Shown: in pieces, positions 54,616 through 64,000 of the stretch
Position numbering within the stretch: the first letter of the stretch is position 1
Layout of the letters: every line of letters begins with the position of its first letter
Source: Candidatus Acidiferrales bacterium
GTDB lineage: Bacteria; Acidobacteriota; Terriglobia; Acidiferrales; UBA7541
DNA length: 64,000 bases
Assembly: GCA_035534035.1 (NCBI GenBank)
Contig: DATLSS010000025.1
Span: 4,054 to 68,053 of the forward strand
Direction of reading: 5' to 3'
Notes under the pieces: generated by a model
The model's database searches: none
What the model was told of the DNA's origin: nothing
Seen by the model: only the letters and a program-made list of their open reading frames with translations
Program-made: the position numbers and the translations under genes

Positions 54616-57033
54616 ATGTCGAAATCACAAACTGCTGTTCCTCATGAGTTGCCGATATTGCCTCTGCGGGATACGGTTCTTTTTCCCGGAGCGGTGATGC
54701 CATTGACTGTTGGCCGCGAGACCTCGCTGGCGCTGCTTGATTCCTTGCAAGGCGAGGAGAAGATACTGGGCGTCGTTGCGCAACTCGACCCGCGCATCGA
54801 AGACCCGGTAGGCACCGATCTGCATACCATCGGCGCTCTCGGAAAAGTCCACAAGATGGTTCGTACGCCGAACGGCAACGTTGTTGTGTTTCTCGAAGGC
54901 TTGCGGCGAATTCGTGTGGTCGAAGTTCTCGGTTTGAAACCATTCCTCCGGGCGCGTGTCGAAGAAATGCCCGATGTGGACGATGCGCCTGAGCCGGAAT
55001 TAACGGCGCTATTTCGGAACACTCAGGAACTGTTCCGCGAAGTCGTCGCGCGCTCACCGCAACTTTCCGACGATCTTCAGGGTGTTGCCTTGAATATGGA
55101 ATCTCCATCGCAGCTCGCTGACTTTGTGGCGGGAACGCTGCCGTCTCTGACTACGCTGGTGCGCCAAGAGCTGCTGGAAACGGCCAGCGTACGCAAACGT
55201 CTTGAATCGCTGATCCGCGAACTCACCAAAGAGAAGGAAGTGCTGGAGCTCCGCGCGAAGATTCATGACCAGGTGCAGGAGCAGGTCAACCAATCGCAAC
55301 GGGAATTTCTGTTGCGTGAACAGCTCAAGGCCATTCAGAAGGAGCTCGGCGATACTGATGATACCCAGGCCGAGGTTACCGAGCTGCGCGAGAAGGTGGA
55401 ATCGTGCGGCATGTCCGCCGAAGCGAAGAAGGAATGCGAGCGCGAATTGAAGCGCCTCGCGCGTATGACTCCAGCATCCGCGGAGTACATGGTATCGCGC
55501 ACGTATCTGGAATGGATGACGTCGCTGCCTTGGGCAAAAACCTCCGGCGTGGAGGACATAGATATCCCGAAATCGCAGGCAATTCTCGATGAGGATCACT
55601 ACGACCTCGAGAAGATCAAGCAGCGTATTCTGGACTATCTTGCGGTCAAAAAACTTCAACCGGGCATGAAAGGTCCGATTCTCTGTTTCCTCGGGCCTCC
55701 GGGAGTGGGCAAGACCTCGCTCGGGAAGTCGATTGCCCGGGCGCTGGGACGCAAATTCGTGCGTATTTCGTTGGGCGGGATGCATGACGAAGCGGAGATC
55801 CGCGGTCATCGCCGTACCTACATCGGCGCGCTACCCGGCCAAATTATTCAGGGCATTCGCCGCGCGGAAACGCTCGATCCTGTTTTTATGCTCGATGAAG
55901 TTGACAAACTCGGCCGCGATTTCCGCGGAGATCCATCGGCGGCGTTGATGGAAGTGCTCGATCCGGAGCAGAACGGGTCGTTCCGCGATCACTACCTCGA
56001 CGTACCCTTTGATTTGTCGAAGGTGTTGTTTGTGGCCACCGCGAACTGGATGGATCCGATTCCAGAGCCGCTGCGGGATCGCATGGAGATTCTCGAACTT
56101 GCCGGGTACACGGAAGAAGAGAAGATCCACATCGCAAAGCGGTTTCTGATTCCGCGCCAATGTTCCGAAAATGGCCTCAAGTCCGGCGAGCAAATCGAAT
56201 TCGCCGACGAAGGTCTGCGCGAGATCATTCACGGCTATACGCGGGAAGCCGGTGTGCGAAGCTTGGAACGCGAAGTCGCCACTCTGATTCGCAAACAGGC
56301 GCGGCGCATCGCGGAGGGAAAAGAGGAGAAGCTCGTGGTCACTCCTGAAGTCGTCCGGGAAACCCTGGGCGTGCCCAAGGTGCACATCGAAAAGGAATTG
56401 GAAGAGCGTGTTTCGCGGCCCGGCGTTTCGGTCGGGCTAGTTTGGACGCCGGCCGGCGGCGATATCGTGTTCATTGAAGCCACCAGCATGCGCGGCGGCA
56501 AGCAATTCACGATGACCGGGCACTTGGGCGAAGTGATGCAAGAGTCCATGCGCGCGGCTCTTTCGTGGGTGCGGGCCAATGCCGAACGCTATGGAATCGA
56601 TCCGGATTTCTTCCGCAAGCAGGACGTACATATCCACGTTCCGTCCGGAGCGATTCCGAAGGACGGTCCGTCGGCGGGCGTCGCGATGGTGACGGCGCTT
56701 GTGAGCCTGTTGAGCGGGCATGCCATTCGTCCGCGTGTGGCGATGACGGGAGAAATTTCTCTTACCGGCGTGGTGCTACCGGTCGGAGGCATCAAGGAAA
56801 AGGTCCTTGGGGCGAAGCGCGCCGGGATTCGCGAAGTGATTTTGCCGGCGGAAAACGAGCCGAATGTGAAGGAGGATTTGCCGGCGGACTTACTGGATGG
56901 GCTGCAAGTCCACTTCGTGCATTCGGTGGACCAGGCGCTCGAACTTGCGCTCGGCAAAATCGAGCCGTGGCCGCGAGCGGTTAGCGGCGCGGGCCCTCGC
57001 GAAGAGCGTCCTCCGGCCAGTCCGGTCCATTAA
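54616..57033 (+). CDS. lon: ATP-dependent Lon protease
   Basis: Has a LON N-terminal domain (LPILPLRDTVLFPG), Walker A GPPGVGKTS and the protease Ser motif PKDGPSAGVAMVTAL. ATG 54616 follows GAGGGG. Confidence 0.95.
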   Translation: MSKSQTAVPHELPILPLRDTVLFPGAVMPLTVGRETSLALLDSLQGEEKILGVVAQLDPRIEDPVGTDLHTIGALGKVHKMVRTPNGNVVVFLEGLRRIRVVEVLGLKPFLRARVEEMPDVDDAPEPELTALFRNTQELFREVVARSPQLSDDLQGVALNMESPSQLADFVAGTLPSLTTLVRQELLETASVRKRLESLIRELTKEKEVLELRAKIHDQVQEQVNQSQREFLLREQLKAIQKELGDTDDTQAEVTELREKVESCGMSAEAKKECERELKRLARMTPASAEYMVSRTYLEWMTSLPWAKTSGVEDIDIPKSQAILDEDHYDLEKIKQRILDYLAVKKLQPGMKGPILCFLGPPGVGKTSLGKSIARALGRKFVRISLGGMHDEAEIRGHRRTYIGALPGQIIQGIRRAETLDPVFMLDEVDKLGRDFRGDPSAALMEVLDPEQNGSFRDHYLDVPFDLSKVLFVATANWMDPIPEPLRDRMEILELAGYTEEEKIHIAKRFLIPRQCSENGLKSGEQIEFADEGLREIIHGYTREAGVRSLEREVATLIRKQARRIAEGKEEKLVVTPEVVRETLGVPKVHIEKELEERVSRPGVSVGLVWTPAGGDIVFIEATSMRGGKQFTMTGHLGEVMQESMRAALSWVRANAERYGIDPDFFRKQDVHIHVPSGAIPKDGPSAGVAMVTALVSLLSGHAIRPRVAMTGEISLTGVVLPVGGIKEKVLGAKRAGIREVILPAENEPNVKEDLPADLLDGLQVHFVHSVDQALELALGKIEPWPRAVSGAGPREERPPASPVH

Positions 57034-57071
57034 TTAATGCTGTGATGAGTAGTGCGAAGATCATTGCGCGG

Positions 57072-57105
57072 GAGGCCCGGCCAGCCAGCCGGGCTTCTCG
57101 TTTTT
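57072..57105 (+). terminator. Rho-independent terminator after lon
   Basis: A 9-bp stem gaggcccgg/ccgggcttc (one G-U pair), an 8-nt loop, then tcgttttt. Confidence 0.6.
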
Positions 57106-57173
57106 CAGACGCGTTCGGCCTCTTTTCCATGGCACGAGCCTGCGCGTTCGCGTAGACCTATTTATTTTTCTCC

Positions 57174-57767
57174 ATGGCCCCGCTCACTCCAAGACAGATT
57201 GCCGTTCGCGCCCAGGAAGCCGCCTCGGAGCTTTGTGCAGCGCTCGATCGCGGCGCTCTGGTTCAGAAATTTCTGCGTTCCTATGTCAGCGAGGAAAAAC
57301 GGCCCGGGAGGATATCAGAACCGCAGCGCTATCGCGATCTTGTGGAAACGATTCGCCGGGAAGCATTGCTGGTCCTCGCGCTGCAGGTCGAATCCCAGGC
57401 GCCCCAGAGCCTGGGCATTCGGCCAGGGCAACGAGTCACCCCCGCGCAATCGAGCTTGGTGAAATTGTTCCGTGACGAATTTTATGCCGCGCTTGGCCGC
57501 AGGCTGGGTGGGAGCGAAGGAGACTTCGAAGACTTCCGCCGTGACATCGATCTTTTTCGCAAGCTGTATGCGGATGTGCCCCGCCGATCAAAGCGTAACC
57601 GCGCCGTCGTGCCTCCCAAGGGCCCTTTCGTCGACCGCTGCGGGCTGTTGCTCGATGCGCCGATGCTCGACCAGGCGCGCCATGCTGCCGCGAAATTCGA
57701 AACCGAGCTTGTTGCCGCGGCGTCGGCGGTTGTGAAGAAGGTTTTCTCCCGCCGCAAGCAGCCTTAG
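57174..57767 (+). CDS. Hypothetical protein (197 aa)
   Basis: The ORF has coding-like composition and is helical and charged. I recognise no motif. Confidence 0.45.
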   Translation: MAPLTPRQIAVRAQEAASELCAALDRGALVQKFLRSYVSEEKRPGRISEPQRYRDLVETIRREALLVLALQVESQAPQSLGIRPGQRVTPAQSSLVKLFRDEFYAALGRRLGGSEGDFEDFRRDIDLFRKLYADVPRRSKRNRAVVPPKGPFVDRCGLLLDAPMLDQARHAAAKFETELVAAASAVVKKVFSRRKQP

Positions 57768-57982
57768 CCTGACCGTCAACCCAGTAATAGCCCCTCCTGA
57801 CTGCCCCTTTATGAACCAATGCTCGCGGCAACTCTTGTCCCGCTTGGGGCGGCAAAATCACAACCATGGGATGGTCAAAATTGGACATTCCCTTACCTGT
57901 CCCAGCGAACAAATAACCTTTAGGCACCGCAGGCAGCCTCTTCTTGTTCGGAGGTCGCCATATTCCGTTATCCTCGTAGGAG

Positions 57983-59176
57983 ATGCTGACTGCTTTCTAC
58001 ATTCTCGTTCTTCAGCAGATCGTCCAGGGAATTGTGTCGTTATGGGACGGCTGGAAATGGCTTGCGATGGTTCGCCACCGGCTCGTCACGCATCAGGGGT
58101 TCTATGCCCCTCGGGCCGCCGTGATCTGCCCTTGTAAAGGCTCAGAAGCGGGCCTCGAAGGGAATCTGGCGGCGCTGCTGAATTTCGATTATCCGGATTA
58201 CGAAGTATATTTCGTCGTGGCCAGCGCGCTGGATCCGGCCCGCACAGTGATCGATCGCGTGACGGCGGCGAGCAAGCGGCCTTCGCATCTGGTCGTTGCG
58301 GGCTCACCGAAGGATCGCGGCGAGAAGGTAAATAATCTCCGGGCTGGGATTCATGAGGTCGCCGAAAAATGCGATGTCTTCGTTTTTGTCGATTCGGATG
58401 CGCGCCCCAGCCGCGGCTGGCTCTCTCATATGATCGCACCCCTGGCAAACGCGCGATTGGGCGCCGCGACGACCTATCGCTGGTATTTCCCGAACAAGGG
58501 AGGTTTTGCGAGCGCTATGCTCTCGGCCTGGAACGCGGCTATCGCCACGCAATTCGGCGATCATAATCACAATTTTTGCTGGGGCGGCGGTACGGCGATG
58601 CGCCGCGAAGTTTTCAAGAGCGCTGACGTCTTGGAAGCCTGGGAAGGAGCGGTTAGCGATGACTGGGCGCTCACGGGCGCGCTGGAACGTTCTGGCCTGC
58701 CGGTTGCGTTTGTACCTGAGTGCCTTGCGCCAACGATCGGCGATGTCAACCTGGAGCAGTTGGTCGAATTTACGAATCGCCAGATGATTTTGACTCGCGT
58801 TTATTCGCCGCGTCGCTGGATCTTCGCAGCGCTCGCACATCTTTCCTATTGCGTCACAATTTTGTATTCGATCTATGCGATTTTCGATCGGATGTTCGCG
58901 GGCTATTCCTGGACGGGGATGTTTCTTCTGGCCATCCTCGTGCTGATGCTCGCCGCGGGAAAAGGGGCCATACGCGGAGTCGCCGTGCAGGAGGTGTTGC
59001 GCGAATGGCGCGCGAAGTGCGATCAGTGGAGCTGGGCGTGGATCGCGCTAGCGCCGCTTGTGTCATTTTTGTTTCTGTGGAATTTCATGGTCTCCGCATT
59101 CGAGCGCCGGATTCGCTGGCGCGGTATCCGCTATGAACTCGTCTCGGAAACCCAGACGCGCATCCTTTCCCACTAA
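57983..59176 (+). CDS. Membrane glycosyltransferase, GT2/GT21 family (ceramide-glucosyltransferase/HpnI-like)
   Basis: Has an N-terminal TM helix, the GT-A core (ICPCKG...DYEVYFVV...FVDSDARP), a Q..RW-like motif (NRQMILTRVYSPRRW) and C-terminal TM helices. Confidence 0.7.
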   Translation: MLTAFYILVLQQIVQGIVSLWDGWKWLAMVRHRLVTHQGFYAPRAAVICPCKGSEAGLEGNLAALLNFDYPDYEVYFVVASALDPARTVIDRVTAASKRPSHLVVAGSPKDRGEKVNNLRAGIHEVAEKCDVFVFVDSDARPSRGWLSHMIAPLANARLGAATTYRWYFPNKGGFASAMLSAWNAAIATQFGDHNHNFCWGGGTAMRREVFKSADVLEAWEGAVSDDWALTGALERSGLPVAFVPECLAPTIGDVNLEQLVEFTNRQMILTRVYSPRRWIFAALAHLSYCVTILYSIYAIFDRMFAGYSWTGMFLLAILVLMLAAGKGAIRGVAVQEVLREWRAKCDQWSWAWIALAPLVSFLFLWNFMVSAFERRIRWRGIRYELVSETQTRILSH

Positions 59177-59214
59177 AATGTTTCGCCATCGAATTGCGAC
59201 TACGAGTCGTGCCG

Positions 59215-60009
59215 TCAACGCCCTAAACTGCCGAGAAACGGAAAGTGTTCCGCGGCAGCCATGAAAAATAGCATCGGAAACGACAACCAGAACGCTGTCC
59301 GCGACGCGATATTCGAAAAACGCATCATCCGTTCGGCTTGAAGGGGAATTGGCAGCCCTTTCTCGACATTCGCGCGCGTCCACTGAATCAATCGCTTCTG
59401 CACGCGCCACACGATTCCCCATACATTGAACAGCATCACGAATCCCAGCCCTCCACCGACGCTGATCGCGAGGTGCGCGTTCGAAGCTTCCGGTCCGGCA
59501 TTCAAATCCAAAATCACCCATGATGCGGCGATTACCACGATCGCGATTAAAATCGCTCGCACCCAGCTATTGCCCAGCGGCCCCCCAAACGGCATTTGGA
59601 GCGCATACAGAATCGCGTATGCCACAATCCACACCAGAAACCATTCGCCAATCCAGCGGCCCATCAGTCCGCGTCGCCCGGCATTGTCGGCGTCCGCCTG
59701 CAGCAGGATCATGTAGTAGCGCAAGCCGACGAGCACCGTCACGAGCGCCGACCAGCGGAACCATGTCATCGCTCGCGACATCAGCTCTGGGTAAACCTTT
59801 TTGCGCGTCGCTTCGTCGAGCGACTTCATCGTTGGCCCGCCAATCAGATTGAAAAAATACAACAGCCCAATCCATATGATTCCGGACACAAAATGAATCC
59901 AGCGCAGCACGATTTCTTCATTTGCCACCGCGCCCTGCGGAAAGCTAAATTGCGGCTCGAGATTTGCGAAATGTGTGGCGGAATGCAACCAGATAGAGCC
60001 GGCTATCAT
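59215..60009 (-). CDS. Integral membrane protein, PuuD-N-terminal/HemJ-CopD-like
   Basis: The WIHFVSGIIWIGLLYFFNLIG motif is typical of that membrane-protein class, which I identify from memory. ATG 60009 follows GGGAGGA. The longest ORF starts at TTG 60093, overlapping the queG stop. Confidence 0.45.
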   Translation of the reverse strand: MIAGSIWLHSATHFANLEPQFSFPQGAVANEEIVLRWIHFVSGIIWIGLLYFFNLIGGPTMKSLDEATRKKVYPELMSRAMTWFRWSALVTVLVGLRYYMILLQADADNAGRRGLMGRWIGEWFLVWIVAYAILYALQMPFGGPLGNSWVRAILIAIVVIAASWVILDLNAGPEASNAHLAISVGGGLGFVMLFNVWGIVWRVQKRLIQWTRANVEKGLPIPLQAERMMRFSNIASRTAFWLSFPMLFFMAAAEHFPFLGSLGR

Positions 60010-60089
60010 TAGGAATCCTCCCGAGAAAACAGAATCGTTGCGCCATGAAACGCCGCCCGCAGCTACGCTAAGGAATGCGGCGGTGGATG

Positions 60090-61292
60090 TCAATCCGCCG
60101 AAACGGAGCCGCTACTTTCGTGCTGCAAACGTTCCAGCGCCCAAGCCGCGTGCTCGGCGATGGTCGCATCGTCGCCGGTTGCCAATTGCTCCAAGCGTTG
60201 AATGATAGGACCGTACCCAGGATTGTCAGGAGTAATGCGCGAATTTCCCAGCGCCACGCAGACATTGCGAATCAGCCCGCGCCACTTGGCGCGCTTCACG
60301 GGACTGCCTCGAAAAACTTTGCGAAATTCTTCTTCATCGAGCCACAGCAGCCCATCGAGCGCCGGGGCAAAAAGAGAGCCGTTCGTCTTTTCACCGGGCG
60401 CCGAATCTTGATTCGGGATGGGAGCGGAAGAGCGCGAGGTCATTCCTCGCGGATAGAATTCCGCGATTCGCGTCGCCGGGGCTTTGCGGTTCCACGGGCA
60501 AACATCCTGGCAAATGTCGCAGCCGAAAACCATGTTGCCCATCGCCGGCCGGAATTCCTGCGGTATCGGACCGCGAAGCTCAATCGTTAAATATGCAATG
60601 CATCGCCGCGCGTCGAGCAGGTAGGGCGCGACGATCGCTTCCGTGGGGCACGCGTCAATGCACCGGCGGCAACTTCCGCACATATCCGCGGGCGGCGGTT
60701 CTCCGTGCGGAAGGCTCGGCGTCAGTTCCAGGTCAGTCAGAATTACGCCGAGAAACAGCCAAGACCCGAGTTGCTGATTAATCAAGCAGGTATTTTTCGC
60801 CAGCCATCCAAGGCCCGCATATTTGGCCGCGACGCGTTCCAGCACTGGCCCTGTGTCAACGTACGCGCGCGCCTGAAACGCAACCCCAAATTCCGCGCGC
60901 ATCCACGCGAGCAGTTCCTCGAGTTTGCTTTTCATTACATGGTGATAATCGCTGCCCCACGCATAACGCGAAATCCAGCCGCGCGGCTTGCGCGCGTCAG
61001 CTTCATCAACCGGCGCCGCGGTTGCATCCGTCCCCGTTGAATATGGAAAGGCCGCGTTGTAATTCAACGCGCAGACAATCACTGCGCGCGTTCCCGGCAG
61101 CACATTCTCCGCGCTTGCCCGCCGCCCATCATGCAAGTAGCGCATTTCGCCCGCGTAGCCGCGTTCGAGCCATTCCGGCAATCGCTGCAGCTCTTCGAAT
61201 TCTTCAGCGGGTGCCACGCCACACAATTCAAATCCGACTGCGCGCGCGTGTTCCACTAATCGGTGGGTCTGCAGCGGCTCCTCCGTTCTCAT
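60090..61292 (-). CDS. queG: Epoxyqueuosine reductase
   Basis: Has two 4Fe-4S motifs (CGSCRRCIDACPT and CDICQDVCPWN) and a C-terminal HEAT-like tail. Confidence 0.88.
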   Translation of the reverse strand: MRTEEPLQTHRLVEHARAVGFELCGVAPAEEFEELQRLPEWLERGYAGEMRYLHDGRRASAENVLPGTRAVIVCALNYNAAFPYSTGTDATAAPVDEADARKPRGWISRYAWGSDYHHVMKSKLEELLAWMRAEFGVAFQARAYVDTGPVLERVAAKYAGLGWLAKNTCLINQQLGSWLFLGVILTDLELTPSLPHGEPPPADMCGSCRRCIDACPTEAIVAPYLLDARRCIAYLTIELRGPIPQEFRPAMGNMVFGCDICQDVCPWNRKAPATRIAEFYPRGMTSRSSAPIPNQDSAPGEKTNGSLFAPALDGLLWLDEEEFRKVFRGSPVKRAKWRGLIRNVCVALGNSRITPDNPGYGPIIQRLEQLATGDDATIAEHAAWALERLQHESSGSVSAD

Positions 61293-61416
61293 GTCATGCG
61301 CTCCCGCAAGCGCTTATCATGCCTGAAATTTGGCTGGCCGGGAGCAAACGTTACTCGCCGCGCATTTCTCTGAAGTGCGCTGGTATGGTCGAGCGAGCAT
61401 TGATACAATCCCGGTC

Positions 61417-62586
61417 ATGGCAAATTGGCGGCAAATTCAAGGGCGCATTCGCCGGGCGCGTACGAGTGCTGACCCGCTCGCGAAACTCGCCGAATTATTT
61501 CAGAAGACGCGCGACGCGATGGTAGCGTTCGAAGCGGCAACGCTCGAAGAGAAGGCCGGGCGAACCGACGAGGCGATCCGCTGGTACACGGTGGCTGCGG
61601 AGCGTTTCCGCCGCGCCGATTGGCGGTTGAAGGCCGCCGAAGCGCTCACTCGCCTCGGAGCGCCCGTGCCGGAAGCCGTGAGCAGTTTACCGTCGGCGTT
61701 CACTTCCGATTCTGCTTTTGTTCCGGAAGAAAACGAAGTTTCTGGAAACATCGCAACGCCTGCTGAACGCGGACCGGATGCTGAGGGCGAGGATTCTGGT
61801 GAGCCAGGGGGCTCCGCCGATTCAGAAATGGCGGGAGAGACATCGGCGCCCACTGCGAAGGAAGGCGCTACGCCTGCACGACCCGGCGAACGTCATGGCC
61901 GCCGTCGCGGCCGCCGCGGTGGACGGCGACACAAGCGCCACGGCGCTGCAGGATCGCCCGGGGTTACCGCCGGAGCTGCGAAACCGTCAGAGGCACGCCC
62001 AACGATGCCGCGCACGCCGGTGTCACGTTCGCAAGGCACGCCTCGCCTGGCCGAATCTGTTTTCGCGACGCCAAGCCGTTCGTCCGAGGCCGAAGCCCAG
62101 TCCGAACCAGCAGTCGCACGATTCGCTCCCGAGCCCAGCGGTCCGCTCGTCGAGCGGTCCACGTACATTCGCGCCGGCGATCCCGCGCTTGCGTCGCGAT
62201 TCGCGCATCTAGAATCCATGCTTCGGCGCTTAATCTCCGCGCCATTGCATCGCGTGGATGAATTGGAAGAAGCGCCCGCCGGTCCGGGAGTTTTCCTGCT
62301 TTCCGATTCTGATTTGATGACGAATTACTACGTCGAAGCTTGCCAGACGCTGCGCATCGGCACCAGCCAGCTCGCTCGCGCGGGACGCGCAGGACGCGGC
62401 GCCCGCACTGAAGGAAAAGCCTCGCTTCGCGCGCAGATGGCCGAGCATCTCTCGATCAACGACACGCAGGTCACCGCATACCTCGGCAAGCATTGCGTCG
62501 TGCGCTGGCTACAGATGGACGAAGACGCACCGCACCTCGCGCATTTCGTCATTGCGCTGTTGCGTCCCGCGCTCAACGTGGAGTAG
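61417..62586 (+). CDS. Hypothetical protein with an N-terminal TPR-like helix pair, an Arg/Ser/Pro-rich disordered centre and a C-terminal GIY-YIG-like domain
   Basis: I prefer ATG 61417. The longest ORF starts at TTG 61330. The C-terminus (GPGVFLLSD....NYYVEACQTLRIG...FVIALLRPALN) resembles a GIY-YIG fold with substitutions. Confidence 0.5.
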   Translation: MANWRQIQGRIRRARTSADPLAKLAELFQKTRDAMVAFEAATLEEKAGRTDEAIRWYTVAAERFRRADWRLKAAEALTRLGAPVPEAVSSLPSAFTSDSAFVPEENEVSGNIATPAERGPDAEGEDSGEPGGSADSEMAGETSAPTAKEGATPARPGERHGRRRGRRGGRRHKRHGAAGSPGVTAGAAKPSEARPTMPRTPVSRSQGTPRLAESVFATPSRSSEAEAQSEPAVARFAPEPSGPLVERSTYIRAGDPALASRFAHLESMLRRLISAPLHRVDELEEAPAGPGVFLLSDSDLMTNYYVEACQTLRIGTSQLARAGRAGRGARTEGKASLRAQMAEHLSINDTQVTAYLGKHCVVRWLQMDEDAPHLAHFVIALLRPALNVE

Positions 62587-62623
62587 CCCGCGCCGTTTTC
62601 TCTCGGTCGAGTCTCTAAAACAA

Positions 62624-62665
62624 ACAAGGGCCCCGCGATCCACATCGCAGTGCCCTTGTCGTTTT
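62624..62665. terminator. Bidirectional hairpin terminator between convergent genes
   Basis: An 8-bp stem acaagggc/gcccttgt with a 20-nt loop. It is followed by cgtttt on the plus strand and ttgtttt on the minus strand. Confidence 0.45.
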
Positions 62666-62698
62666 GAGGCGCGAAATTCTCGCCTTGGTTGCCATACT

Positions 62699-64000
62699 TT
62701 AGAACGTCAAATGCAGCGCCATCTGAATAAACCGAGGACTCCCCAGCGTGTGCTGAATCATTCCCAGCGCACCGCTCGGCGGGCACTGGTATGCAGCCCC
62801 AGCCGAATCTGCTGTGCAGCCAGAGCCGGGGTACGCCGGAGGGTTATTGAAAAATGGGTTGAATAGGACGTTGTTGTTGGGCGTATCGAAGCTCGGATGA
62901 TTGAAGATGTTGAAAAATTGAGCGTCGTACCGCAGTTTGAACCGCTCCGAAAGCTTGAATTCCTTGGACACGGAAAAATCGAACCGCGTCTGGAACGGTC
63001 CGCGGAAGATATTCCGGCCGGTCGCCCCGAATCCCGTCTCGTAGTAGTCGCAAAATGTCTGCCCGCCCGTCGTCGTGCAGGGCGGAACACCGCTCTGTCC
63101 CGGTGCCAGCAGCGGAACGCCGAACGCCGCCGCGTTGAGAACCGGCAGGGCGGGGTTCACGCCGGTCGTTCCCTGGAGGACTGCCCTTGTGGATGTGGAT
63201 CCGGTTCCGCCAATCGGCACGATGGGATTGGTGATCGCGTCTTGCCCGCCTCCGTAGAAGAGGCTGGCCACGCCTCCGGAGAAGTCGGTCACGCTATAGG
63301 GCTGGCCGCTCTCGGCGACCGTAACTCCGCTGATGCCCCAGCCGTTCACAAGCCTGTCGGCCACGCCCGTCAGACGCGCCAGTTTCGGAATTTGATACAG
63401 GTAACTCAGAGTAAAAACATGCGTGCGGTCGAATCCAGAATTACTGTACGCGGTTCGCGGATCGAGTGGGTTGTTGCCGTTGTAGAAGAGCTGCAATCCG
63501 CTCCCTTCGTCCAGCGCGTGCGACCACGTGTACGAGCCGGTCACCAGCAGCCCGTGGCTCAGTCGCTTGTTTACCCCCACTTGCAATGCATTATAGTGCG
63601 AGATTCCTTCCGCCATATTGAAGTCAGAATTCGGATCATATCCGATGAACGGCGCTCGTAGCGCCACGTTCCCAGTGCCGAAACCATCGACGATCGTATT
63701 CTTCGTCTCCGCGGCGACGCCCGGAACGGTATAGCCGTAGGAATACGACTCGCCGTTGATCGGATTTTGCGGCGTGGCGATTCCCGCCTGATTGAACGGT
63801 ATCGGAATCACTTCGTGTACGCCGTGGTTGCCAACGTAAGCAACATCGAGGAGCAGCGTGTTCGTGGGCTGCCACTGGAGATCCAGAGTCCAATTTTCCG
63901 AGTACGGGAGCGTGTTGTTTGGCGCATACCCGCCAAAAAACAGCGGTCCGCACTGGAATTGCCCCGTTGCGTTGCAAAACGGTGTCGTCTGGTTGTTGAT
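62699..64000 (-). CDS. TonB-dependent outer-membrane receptor, C-terminal barrel portion (5' end lies outside the window)
   Basis: The frame stays open past the listed GTG 63811 to the window edge. It is beta-strand-rich with aromatic-ending strands and ends ...FIQMALHLTF with a terminal Phe. Confidence 0.75.
   Translation of the reverse strand: MNNQTTPFCNATGQFQCGPLFFGGYAPNNTLPYSENWTLDLQWQPTNTLLLDVAYVGNHGVHEVIPIPFNQAGIATPQNPINGESYSYGYTVPGVAAETKNTIVDGFGTGNVALRAPFIGYDPNSDFNMAEGISHYNALQVGVNKRLSHGLLVTGSYTWSHALDEGSGLQLFYNGNNPLDPRTAYSNSGFDRTHVFTLSYLYQIPKLARLTGVADRLVNGWGISGVTVAESGQPYSVTDFSGGVASLFYGGGQDAITNPIVPIGGTGSTSTRAVLQGTTGVNPALPVLNAAAFGVPLLAPGQSGVPPCTTTGGQTFCDYYETGFGATGRNIFRGPFQTRFDFSVSKEFKLSERFKLRYDAQFFNIFNHPSFDTPNNNVLFNPFFNNPPAYPGSGCTADSAGAAYQCPPSGALGMIQHTLGSPRFIQMALHLTF

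Noticed and set aside
60009-60093. A TTG start at 60093 that would make the membrane protein overlap queG by 4 nt (translational coupling).
   Set aside because: The internal ATG at 60009 has a much stronger SD (GGGAGGA, 6-nt spacing). The extra 28 residues are not obviously a TM segment or a signal. I keep it only as an alternative.

Overview
This 64 kb window is a high-GC (about 60% by eye) chromosomal core region. I call about 60 protein-coding genes. By eye I found no rRNA, tRNA, CRISPR array, transposase, integrase or phage genes.

The gene content points to an Acidobacteriota-type Gram-negative genome, which is an inference. The supporting features are two PEP-CTERM proteins, a zinc-ribbon/TPR Ser/Thr kinase, an exported VWA protein, a large TonB-dependent barrel and several LolA-like proteins.

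Most of the window consists of conserved housekeeping clusters:
- purH' / TPR protein / ispE-prs-ctc-pth
- rpsF-rpsR-rplI-dnaB-alr
- yacL-like / ispD / ispF / rlmB
- ruvX-mltG
- folP ... ftsH-hpt-tilS (minus strand)
- prfA-prmC-dinB
- cca-lon
- queG

The ORF track gives the longest ORFs and includes GTG/TTG starts. I trimmed several starts to internal ATG/GTG/TTG codons that have Shine-Dalgarno (SD) support.

I do not see a self-contained, clearly novel multi-gene system such as a defence island or a biosynthetic cluster. The leads most worth a second look are:
1. A small secreted peptide gene with a 12-aa tandem repeat that differs only at synonymous sites. Its SD lies inside a leader hairpin, and it is co-oriented with two unknown membrane proteins (42.5-43.9 kb).
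2. A 744-bp gene-free gap between convergent genes that is packed with perfect hairpins (23.5-24.3 kb).
3. A Clp_N-like domain fused to IspF.
4. A tandem-duplicated ThyX whose two halves have lost complementary motifs, start/stop-overlapped with a membrane protein.
5. An HPRT-like gene in the tilS-hpt-ftsH cluster with a degenerate PRPP loop.
6. A Lol-like ABC operon with two extra LolA/LolB-like proteins.
7. A 10-bp palindrome recurring at the same distance upstream of two unrelated genes.

All functional calls rest on motifs I recognised in the translated ORFs. No database search was run.
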